Positions 47,222-54,981 of a DNA stretch of 64,000 nt are shown piece by piece. The translations under genes were made by a program, and so were the position numbers. Position 1 is the first letter of the stretch, and each line of letters begins with the position of its first letter. The stretch spans positions 128,001 to 192,000 of the forward strand of contig JBFOMH010000005.1 in the NCBI GenBank assembly GCA_040830765.1. Reading direction: 5' to 3'. The notes under the pieces were generated by a model, which was not told where the DNA came from, did not search any database, and saw only the letters and a list, made by a program, of their open reading frames with translations. This DNA is from Puniceicoccaceae bacterium (GTDB lineage: Bacteria; Verrucomicrobiota; Verrucomicrobiia; Opitutales; Oceanipulchritudinaceae).

Positions 47222-47286
47222 TTTCCTCTCCAGTCTGCCCAACTGGCATCAAAATTTCTTATAGATGCCATTCGCAGTCCTAATGA

Positions 47287-47316
47287 GGCATAGCAAAAGG
47301 GGAGATTTTTCGTCAA
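47287..47316 (-). promoter_or_regulatory. Putative sigma70-type promoter of the giant gene
   Basis: Minus strand TTGACG (47316-47311), 18-nt spacer, then TATGCC (47292-47287) with an upstream TG, in an AT-rich intergenic region 66-95 nt before the ATG. Confidence 0.4.
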
Positions 47317-47528
47317 TTTAAAAATGAGTAAAACACCCGATTTTCCAATAAAAAGGTCTTTAAATAGCGCCATGGAGTTTCCCATGATTAGTCAGGAAAT
47401 GACCTAAATACTGCATTTCTCCAGCGTGGCGCAGCTGCCTTTAGCAGCAAAAAATAGAGGATCTACAGGCCATACGGAGGACCAGTCCCAGCTGACAACC
47501 GAGGGGATACAGTAATTACTGGCGGCGA

Positions 47529-48254
47529 TTATTCCCCATCGCGGAATCTCCGGATCCACTCCAGATTCAGGGCCGAGCCCTGACGCTTGGTCGTGGACGT
47601 TTGGGGCAGTTTGCCGGCATTGAAGGAATATGGTCCCTTGGAAAGGATTTCCTCGAGGACCACACGGGGATTGGAGACCAGCGCTTCGTATGCAATACGC
47701 AGCGGATCCAGCTGCACCTTTTCAAAAAAAACCTCCCAGTAGCTGTTCTCTGATTCCAGTCGTTCGACGTTGCGGGCAATCGTAGTGCGGTCATAGACAG
47801 GTTCCCTCCCGGAGTAAGTTTCCTCTCCATCAAAGACCCGCCACTCATTGGTTTGCTCGGCGATGGTCAGGGAAACGGCCTGGGCGACAGTATCCCGCCG
47901 GTAAAGAAATACGGGAACAATCTCCGGAAAGAGCCTCCGGAATAGCTCCCCCTCCCCCATGCCGTTTGGGGAGTCCTTTAAACGTTGCACCCGTGCCCGT
48001 TCCCAGTGTTCCGGCATCAGCTTGATAGCCCACCCTTTTTCCGGGGTCCGACGGGCCGCGGAAACAGCGCCAAGATAGGTCGCAAGGTCGGCCTCTGGAG
48101 AGATGCCAATGCGCTGTCGCTCATCAATCTCATAAGGAGGATTGAGCCACTCCCCCAACCAGCCGTAGGTCCAGCTTTGCAGGATCAGGGATCCGAGGAA
48201 ATTGCTCCCCGATCGCTGTGTCGTGAAAACAACCAATGCCGCCGGAACCTTCAT
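47529..48254 (-). CDS. Stf0/NodH-like sulfotransferase
   Basis: 5'-PSB-like TTQRSGSNFL, EWLNP, IKLMPEH, 3'-PB-like LYRRDTVAQAVS..IAEQTNEW, IAYEAL and C-terminal KRQ. Confidence 0.82.
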   Translation of the reverse strand: MKVPAALVVFTTQRSGSNFLGSLILQSWTYGWLGEWLNPPYEIDERQRIGISPEADLATYLGAVSAARRTPEKGWAIKLMPEHWERARVQRLKDSPNGMGEGELFRRLFPEIVPVFLYRRDTVAQAVSLTIAEQTNEWRVFDGEETYSGREPVYDRTTIARNVERLESENSYWEVFFEKVQLDPLRIAYEALVSNPRVVLEEILSKGPYSFNAGKLPQTSTTKRQGSALNLEWIRRFRDGE

Positions 48255-48490
48255 GTCCGGACAGGCTATTTAGCATCTCCTCTTAAAGTCGAGTCCGAAC
48301 CCAGGCGGGTACCGACAGTGTGGGTCGCCGCCCTTGGAGCAATCAATCCTTCTAGCTCTTCCCTTGCAGGTATGAAATCAGGTTTGCCTCCAAAAGATTG
48401 TTGTCGGCGGTGTTGGCATTCCTCCGGCCACGGCAGTCGAACAGGAAGAAGACCACGGTGACCTAGGTCAGCATGTGGGGTTGCTGGGGC

Positions 48491-50407
48491 CTAGCCGATG
48501 AATTTACCTCTTGCCGTGTAGTGCGTGTGCAGGAGTTTGTGGCTAAGGGGGCCGCAGGGTCCATCTTTCAAGAACTCTGAATAAATCCTGTTTACTGCCG
48601 GATTCTCATGGGACTTGCGCACTTCGTAGGCATGATCTTCCTCGTAAATGGCATTGGCACGGGCCTGACGGATATCCTGACTGGTCGGGATGGGCATCCC
48701 GCCGCCCCCAAGGCAACCGCCGGGGCAAGCCATGATTTCAATGAAGTGGCATTCACTAAACGGTCCGCCACTTTTAATATCCTCCATAACCTTGTGGGCA
48801 TTCGCCGTCCCGTGGGCAATTCCCACTTTCAGGACTGCTCCGGCCAGCCATTTCCAGTCCGGGACGAGGTGGGCAATCAACTCCGGAACTGGCCCGACCT
48901 TGGCTGGAATTGTTACTTCTGCCAGACGGCACCCATCAAATCCACGAATCGGAATAATGTCCGCATGATCGTAGAAATTCTCCACCCTTTCGCCGGTGAC
49001 GAGTTCAAGTACCGTGCGCAAGGCCGCCTCCATCACCCCGCCAGTTGCACCGAATATTACACCGGATCCAGTTGCCGATCCAAAGGGATCATCAAAGTCG
49101 GACTTGGGAAGGTCGGGAAGATGAATACCCGCTTCACTGATCATCTGGGCAACTTCCCGGGTGGTCAGTCCATAATCAACATCCCGGAATCCACTTGAGC
49201 ACATCTCCGACCGGCTGCACTCAAATTTCTTCGCTGTGCAAGGCATCATGGCCACTGAGACGATATTGGCCGGATCAGTCCCGATTCGCTCGGCATAGAA
49301 AGTCTTGATCAGGGAACCAAACATTTGTTGGGGGCTTTTCGCGGAAGACATGTTGTCCAGGAACTCCGGAAAGAAATGCTCCACGTACTTGACCCATCCG
49401 GGCGAACAACTGGTGAACTGTGGAAGGGGCATGGAGGTGTCTTGTTGAACAAGACTCTTGTAAAGACGAAGTAGCAGTTCAGTCCCTTCCTCGATGATCG
49501 TCAGGTCAGCGGTGAAGTTGGTGTCAAAGACCCGGTCGAACCCACAGCGACGCAGTGCAGTATTTAGTTCCCATGTCAGGGCATGCCCCGGCTCCATCCC
49601 AAATTCTTCGCAAATTGCTGCTCTTGGACTGGGAGCCGTCTGGATGACGACATGCTTCTCAGGATCGTCAATGGCCGCCCATACGTCATCCGTGTTATCA
49701 TTGGCGCGCAAAGCGCCGGTCGGGCACCGGTTGATACATTGACCGCAATTGATGCAGACAACATTCCCGAGCGGCTTATCCAAATAAGTTGATATCCCGA
49801 GATTGATCCCTCGGTTAACGGTTTCCAAGGCCCCAACCTTCTGCAGCTCCTGGCAGGTCCGTACGCACCGCTGGCAAAGAATGCATTTATTATTGTCCCG
49901 GATTATTGAAACGCTGGAGCGATCGATATCCGCGGTTGCCTCAGTACGATGGCCAAACCGGAAAAAGTCGACCCCGTATTCCCCTGCCAGATCCTGTAAT
50001 TCACAGTTGTGATTGCGGTGGCAGGAATAGCATTCACCAACATGCTCGGACAGCAGGAGATCGATAATGTGCCGCCTTGCCGTTCGGACTTTTGCTGAAT
50101 GAGTCTGGATGGATATATTGGCAGTGATTGGAAATGTGCAGGCTGATTGAAGGGTTTTCATGCCCTCGATCTCGACAATGCACATTCGACAAACTCCAAT
50201 GGCGCACAAGTCGGAGTGATAACAGAGGGTCGGAAGATCAATCCCGAGCGTCTTGCAGGCAGCTAGAATCGTAGTGCCCGGTTCGACCTCAAGGCCTTTT
50301 CCGTCGATGGTAACGGACAGCGTTTCCGAAGTGCCTCCCCCGGTCTGACGATCGGGAGGCTCACCCAACGGGGCAGGGTCGTATGCTTTTTGTGCCAGCT
50401 TATTCAC
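48491..50407 (-). CDS. hydA: [FeFe]-hydrogenase catalytic subunit, group A (HydA/HndD-like)
   Basis: H-cluster motifs FTSCSPGW, MPCTAKKFE and EIMACPGGCLGGGG. N-terminal [2Fe-2S], His-ligated [4Fe-4S] (HVGECYSCHRNHNC) and two CxxCxxC ferredoxin motifs. Fused small-subunit tail RKSHENP...LLHTHY. GTG start. Confidence 0.95.
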   Translation of the reverse strand: MNKLAQKAYDPAPLGEPPDRQTGGGTSETLSVTIDGKGLEVEPGTTILAACKTLGIDLPTLCYHSDLCAIGVCRMCIVEIEGMKTLQSACTFPITANISIQTHSAKVRTARRHIIDLLLSEHVGECYSCHRNHNCELQDLAGEYGVDFFRFGHRTEATADIDRSSVSIIRDNNKCILCQRCVRTCQELQKVGALETVNRGINLGISTYLDKPLGNVVCINCGQCINRCPTGALRANDNTDDVWAAIDDPEKHVVIQTAPSPRAAICEEFGMEPGHALTWELNTALRRCGFDRVFDTNFTADLTIIEEGTELLLRLYKSLVQQDTSMPLPQFTSCSPGWVKYVEHFFPEFLDNMSSAKSPQQMFGSLIKTFYAERIGTDPANIVSVAMMPCTAKKFECSRSEMCSSGFRDVDYGLTTREVAQMISEAGIHLPDLPKSDFDDPFGSATGSGVIFGATGGVMEAALRTVLELVTGERVENFYDHADIIPIRGFDGCRLAEVTIPAKVGPVPELIAHLVPDWKWLAGAVLKVGIAHGTANAHKVMEDIKSGGPFSECHFIEIMACPGGCLGGGGMPIPTSQDIRQARANAIYEEDHAYEVRKSHENPAVNRIYSEFLKDGPCGPLSHKLLHTHYTARGKFIG

Positions 50408-50425
50408 TTTGCTGTAATTCTCCTC

Positions 50426-51610
50426 TCAGGCGGGAATTCGCCCCAATATTTCATCCTTGAAGTTTTTCACGATGGAAAGGAAGGCGTTCGCACTGGTCTG
50501 CCCCAGGCCACACTTTGCGGCAACTTGCATGCTTTCTCCAAGTCGCACCAGTTCCTCAAGATAATTCATTGCGCAGCGGCCCTCCTTGAGCAGCCGAACA
50601 CCCTCCAGCAACTTGACGTTACCAATGCGGCATGGGGTGCATTGCCCGCAGGATTCATCGCAAAAGAACTCGAGGAAGTTTTCTGCAACATCAAGCATAT
50701 CACGTTCAGGACCGAATACGATGACAGATCCCCCGGTCGGAACATCCTCGAACGCGATTGATCGGGAAAAATCCCTTGCCGGGACGCAGTGTCCGGAAGC
50801 CCCACCAACTTGGACAGCCTTGGCATTTTGCCCGCCCGCAGCCTCTATCAGCTCCGCAATGCTTATGCCCATGGGAAATTCGTAAACTCCAGGGGAAGTG
50901 CAATCACCGGAGATGCTGAACAGCTTGAGGCCGGTTGACTGCTCGGTCCCGAGCGAGCGAAACCAGCCCGAGCCCAGGCTGAGGATGCTTGTGCACCAGG
51001 CAAATGTCTCCACGTTGTTAACCACGCTCGGCTTGTTCAGGTACCCCCGTGCAACGGGATAGGGTGGCCGGTTCCTCGGGACCCCCCGGTAGCCCTCAAG
51101 GCTTTCAATAAGAGCAGACTCTTCTCCGCAGACATAGGCCCCGGATCCAAGGTGAATCCGGATGTCAAAATCAAAGCCTTCCATCCCAAGAATGGTTTCC
51201 CCAAGAAGATTTGCCTGACGCAGGTCCAGTAACGATTTCTTCAGACGCTTCATCAGGTATGCGTATTCTCCCCGCAAGTAGACGATCCCATGACGGGATC
51301 CCACCGCATAGGCGCATATCGCCATCCCAAGGAATACTTGCTCTGGATATCGATTGAGAATGACCCGGTCCTTGAATGTTCCCGGCTCCCCTTCATCCGC
51401 ATTGCAAATGACGTACTTGGGGAAATTCTCTTCCCCTGCGCAAAGCCTCCACTTCAAGCCAACCGGAAATCCTGCCCCACCCCGGCCCTTCAAGCCGGCT
51501 TCCTCCATTTGCGTCAACACATCCCGGCGGGACTGTTGCAAGGCCAGTTTGAGCCCACTTCCGGGATTTATGGACCCAAAACTCAGTTTGCCTGAATTGC
51601 TCATAATCAT
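50426..51610 (-). CDS. hydB: NADH/FMN-binding diaphorase subunit of the hydrogenase (NuoF-like HydB/HndC)
   Basis: LKGRGGAGFPVGLKW, NADEGEPGTFKDR, GAYVCGEESALIESLEG, NNVET and ESCGQCTPCRIG...CGLG. Start placed at ATG 51610, which has AAGGAGG upstream and an ATGA overlap with the hydC stop. Confidence 0.92.
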   Translation of the reverse strand: MIMSNSGKLSFGSINPGSGLKLALQQSRRDVLTQMEEAGLKGRGGAGFPVGLKWRLCAGEENFPKYVICNADEGEPGTFKDRVILNRYPEQVFLGMAICAYAVGSRHGIVYLRGEYAYLMKRLKKSLLDLRQANLLGETILGMEGFDFDIRIHLGSGAYVCGEESALIESLEGYRGVPRNRPPYPVARGYLNKPSVVNNVETFAWCTSILSLGSGWFRSLGTEQSTGLKLFSISGDCTSPGVYEFPMGISIAELIEAAGGQNAKAVQVGGASGHCVPARDFSRSIAFEDVPTGGSVIVFGPERDMLDVAENFLEFFCDESCGQCTPCRIGNVKLLEGVRLLKEGRCAMNYLEELVRLGESMQVAAKCGLGQTSANAFLSIVKNFKDEILGRIPA

Positions 51611-52125
51611 ACCATTGCCTCCTTCATGAGTGGGTTGATGGCAGTCAGATTCTTGCGGCACGATTGTAGAATCAAGTTCACCTGTTCAGGAGTGACCCGC
51701 GTGAACACTTCGTCATTGATCAGCAGTGCGGGTGACTGATCGCACATGCCCAGACAATGAGCGTATTCCAGGGTAAAGAATCCGTCCTCTGTGGTCTCCC
51801 CAAAGGCAATGCCGAGTTCATTCTCCAACTGCCGCGCCACATTCTCCATATTGGCCATCTTGCAGCTGATGGTCCGGCATAGGCGGATGACATACTTCCC
51901 GTGATACTTCTCACTCAGAAAGGCGTAGAAGGTCACTACCCCATAGACCTCGACTGGATGGATTTCCAGGATGTCCGCAATGCTTTGCATGGCGAAATCC
52001 GAAATCTCGTGATAGCGGCGCTTGACCTCCTGCAGAATGGGCAGCAAGGCATTCCGCTCCCTCCCATACTGATCCGCAATATTCTCGAAATCGGCCCGTA
52101 GCCGGTCTTCCCTGGTTCTTAGCAT
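51607..52125 (-). CDS. hydC: NuoE-like [2Fe-2S] hydrogenase subunit (HydC/HndA)
   Basis: LLPILQEV...VYGVVTFY...CRTISC...CLGMCDQSP; GGAGGAG RBS upstream. Confidence 0.92.
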   Translation of the reverse strand: MLRTREDRLRADFENIADQYGRERNALLPILQEVKRRYHEISDFAMQSIADILEIHPVEVYGVVTFYAFLSEKYHGKYVIRLCRTISCKMANMENVARQLENELGIAFGETTEDGFFTLEYAHCLGMCDQSPALLINDEVFTRVTPEQVNLILQSCRKNLTAINPLMKEAMV

Positions 52126-52472
52126 GCGTCTACTCCTCCAAAGTTTTCCTATTAATTTTTTGCGTTCTGTGCAAACACAAAATTAGTTTTCTTTATGGTA
52201 AACACGCCCATTTTTCTGTGCATAAAACAGTCTGCCGGATCTTTTTCTAACCAGCCCAGAGCTGGCGGATGCTCATCTCGAGACCCAATAATCGTTCTTG
52301 AGCAACTGCACGGTGAGGATGAGGCCGAGGACAACATATTATGACCTTCATAAGGTTCCTTTATTTGCCGCTTCCAACCCACTGGGCTTTTGACTTTTTC
52401 AGCCCATCTAATTAAATACTCCCGCCCCCCAGGAAGTAGTTGAACGTAGTTAACAAGAATGGAGGAACGACG

Positions 52473-53789
52473 ATGAAGGGGTTTGGGATTTTTTTTATCG
52501 GGGCAGCGATGATCTGTTCGACTGGGTTACAAGCCAAGCAGGTTGTCACAGTTGACAGAATTTCCAGCAGCTTTCCAGTTTATGCAACGGACGTCTCTAG
52601 CGACGGAGCTGTCATTGTCGGAGAGGACTTTCATTACGGGGATGGTCAGTTCACCCAGATACCGGACGTGCTGTTAGTCGGGGTATCCGATGATGGAACA
52701 ACCGCAGCAGGCCTGATCTGGCATGGTTCTTCCGGATCCCCCGGGAGCACTGTTGAGCTCACAGGTTGGGAGGCTGGAAAGTTGAATCCTCTGGGGTATC
52801 CGGTTGGAAGCGAAAATGTACAACCATCTTGCATCTCAGGAGATGGAAATGTCATTGCCGGGTTCGCTTTATTTGAGCCTGGAGGTTGGATGGGCTTCAT
52901 TTGGAAGGATGGTGAATTTTCAATTCTCCAAAACTCTCTGCGACCAATTCTGCTATCCTACGACGGAACTGTAATCATCGGTGAATACCCGGGCTCCCTG
53001 GTGCAGGGTAATTTGGAAAGTGGGGTCTTTGCGGGACTGGATAAACTGCCGATATCCAATGAGTACGGTGTCAATGACATGACCGGAGACGGATCGACAC
53101 TGGTTGGCTATTATCAAATTGCCTCTGAAGGCGGGATGCACCATGCCTGCCGGTGGGTTGATGGAAAGATAGAGGCACTGGAAGAGCTGCCGGGCACCAC
53201 TACCTCAAGTGCGCTTCATGTTTCTGGAGATGGTTCAATCATCCTTGGCAACATGTCGGGAGATGCAACCGACGACATCCTTATTATCTGGCCTGAATAT
53301 AACGGATATAAGCCACTATCCATCAAGGATATGTTGGTCAGCCACGGACATAATCCCAAACACCTGAACAACATATATTTCAACCCGGATACCTACCATG
53401 CCAACGCCATTCTAAGCGAGGATGGAACGACGATTGTTTGCTGGTACAACCACCAAGGCGATCCGCGCAGCTATCTGCTCCGGATCCAGATGCTCAACAT
53501 GTTCGGCCCGCACCGCATCCACGATAACCACTGCGACACCGGCGACTGGATGGGCTGGCTCAATGTCGAGCTGGAGCCATGGGCCTACTGCCTCAAAACC
53601 CAGTCATGGTTCTATATTCCAGAGGCCGTGGCAGAATCCGGCAGCGGCTGGATTTACATACCCAACCTGACCACAAATGTGCCTGAACTCTGGCTCGTCA
53701 TGGAGGGGGAAACAAGCTGGGGCTACAGCTATGGCCTCGGCAAGTGGATGTACGTCACAGCGTCGGGCTGGGTATACCTGTTCGGGTGA
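52473..53789 (+). CDS. Secreted HAF-repeat-like beta-propeller protein with a Trp-rich C-terminal domain
   Basis: Signal peptide MKGFGIFFIGAAMICSTGLQA after GGAGG. Repeats of (V/I)SxDGxxIxG: VSSDGAVIVG, VSDDGTTAAG, ISGDGNVIAG, LSYDGTVIIG, MTGDGSTLVG, VSGDGSIILG, LSEDGTTIV. Confidence 0.78.
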   Translation: MKGFGIFFIGAAMICSTGLQAKQVVTVDRISSSFPVYATDVSSDGAVIVGEDFHYGDGQFTQIPDVLLVGVSDDGTTAAGLIWHGSSGSPGSTVELTGWEAGKLNPLGYPVGSENVQPSCISGDGNVIAGFALFEPGGWMGFIWKDGEFSILQNSLRPILLSYDGTVIIGEYPGSLVQGNLESGVFAGLDKLPISNEYGVNDMTGDGSTLVGYYQIASEGGMHHACRWVDGKIEALEELPGTTTSSALHVSGDGSIILGNMSGDATDDILIIWPEYNGYKPLSIKDMLVSHGHNPKHLNNIYFNPDTYHANAILSEDGTTIVCWYNHQGDPRSYLLRIQMLNMFGPHRIHDNHCDTGDWMGWLNVELEPWAYCLKTQSWFYIPEAVAESGSGWIYIPNLTTNVPELWLVMEGETSWGYSYGLGKWMYVTASGWVYLFG

Positions 53790-53829
53790 GGATTTTGAGG
53801 ATCCCTAAGGGATAAGCTTTCGTGGCTTG

Positions 53830-53858
53830 CCATCCGAAGCTCATAGAGCGAAGGATGG
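53830..53858. repeat. Imperfect palindrome (REP-like hairpin or terminator stem) overlapping the tRNA CCA end
   Basis: CCATCC-GAA-GCTC-ATA-GAGC-GAA-GGATGG. Confidence 0.55.
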
Positions 53859-53929
53859 TGCGGGCGGCGAGAATCGAACTCGCCCTTCAAGCTTGGGAAG
53901 CTCACGTACTACCGATATACTACGCCCGC
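53856..53929 (-). tRNA. tRNA-Gly (anticodon CCC)
   Basis: Reverse complement GCGGGCGTAGTATATCGGTAGTACGTGAGCTTCCCAAGCTTGAAGGGCGAGTTCGATTCTCGCCGCCCGCACCA: acceptor stem GCGGGCG/CGCCCGC, anticodon loop with CCC, GTTCGA T-loop and encoded CCA. Confidence 0.95.
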
Positions 53930-54017
53930 CTGAAAGGGATTAAGCCAATGGTGGTGCGGGATGTTGGCAAGCCCGAATTGTGAGAGGAATTGCGGGAGGG
54001 AACAAAAAGGAACCAAA

Positions 54018-54980
54018 TCAGGCGGCCCCGAAGTCTTGGGTATGCATCGTTTCAACGGCATCCCGGACGGCTTCAGGATACGGCTGGGTATCGGAGGCGC
54101 GGGCCGGGTCGATCAGCTCATCGAGGTCCTTCGCCCCGGAAAGGGCTAGGGACACACCCGGCTGGTCGAGGATCCAGCGGTAGGTGGCCTGTGGGAGGGA
54201 GGTGACCTCCCCGCCGATCAGAGCGGCTGCGATCTGGTCGGCGTAGTCCACGCGCTCGGCAATCTCCTCGCGGGAGTAGCGGGAATTGAGACTGCCTTCG
54301 GGAAAGACGGTGTCCTTGGTGATAGCCCCGCTGAGGAAGCCATTGGCAAGGCACTCGCGGGCAACCACTCCGCAATTGCACTCAATAGCGGTCTCGATCA
54401 ATGGCCGGGCCTCGCGGTTGAAGGGACTGAGGACCACCTGGATGACATCGATTTTCCGCTGTTGCATCCATTCGGCGGACATGGCGGCGGTATCCTCGTA
54501 CATGGAGACGGAGTGACCTATGAACCGGATCTTTCCCTCCGACTTCAGCTTATCCAGCTCCTCCCAGACATCGTCCTGGATTTCGTTTGGCGTGAACGGG
54601 GAATGAAAAAAGAAGACATCCAGCACCTCGCGCCCCATGCGCCGCAGGCTGGCCTCACAGGATTCGCGGGCCTCCGCGGCGTAAAAGCGTCCGGGGATCA
54701 CATTGGAGGAAGTTCGACCGAACTTGGTCGAGATGATGACCTGATCCCTCGACGCACCGAGTGCTCTGCCGAGGATGGTCTCGGAAATACCGTCCTCCTC
54801 CTTGCTTCCGTAGAGCGGTGCCGTATCGAAGAAGTTGATCCCCTTGTCGATGGCTCCCTGGATGAGGCGCCCGGGAGCTCCTTCATCAACGTCCCCATAG
54901 ATCTTTCCGCTCAGTGCCCATGTGCCGAGTCCGATTTCGCTGACCGACAATCCGGTCCTGCCCAACTTGCGGTAGTTCAT
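54018..54980 (-). CDS. Aldo/keto reductase
   Basis: MNYRKLGRTGLSVSEIGLGTW...GINFFDTAPLYG...ISTKFG...SLRRMG..LDVFFFHSP...GKIRFIGHS. Start at ATG 54980, immediately after the creatininase stop. Confidence 0.92.
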   Translation of the reverse strand: MNYRKLGRTGLSVSEIGLGTWALSGKIYGDVDEGAPGRLIQGAIDKGINFFDTAPLYGSKEEDGISETILGRALGASRDQVIISTKFGRTSSNVIPGRFYAAEARESCEASLRRMGREVLDVFFFHSPFTPNEIQDDVWEELDKLKSEGKIRFIGHSVSMYEDTAAMSAEWMQQRKIDVIQVVLSPFNREARPLIETAIECNCGVVARECLANGFLSGAITKDTVFPEGSLNSRYSREEIAERVDYADQIAAALIGGEVTSLPQATYRWILDQPGVSLALSGAKDLDELIDPARASDTQPYPEAVRDAVETMHTQDFGAA

Positions 54981-54981
54981 G

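Noticed and set aside
47222..47242. Track start of the giant ORF at 47242; similar upstream extensions for hydB (51661), AKR (55088) and the HAF protein (52440)
   Set aside because: Downstream ATGs have a better RBS or translational coupling and match the family N-termini.
2465..47283. Hundreds of short or medium ORFs overlapping the giant gene (e.g. 4853..6727, 18380..19579, 25079..26320, 28626..29900)
   Set aside because: Expected shadow frames of a GC-rich, biased coding sequence; low-complexity S/P/A/T or V-rich translations with no motifs.
50426..52125. nuoE/nuoF as respiratory complex I genes
   Set aside because: They are coupled to a subunit with full H-cluster motifs, and no other nuo genes are present.
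52167..52180. TTGTG-N4-CACAG (minus strand) upstream of hydC as a Rex operator
   Set aside because: Rex sites have TTGTG-N8-CACAA spacing; this spacing does not fit.
53951..53960. TGGTGCGGG near the tRNA, matching its 3' end, as an att site
   Set aside because: Only 9 bp, on the tRNA 5' side, and no integrase in the window; likely chance.
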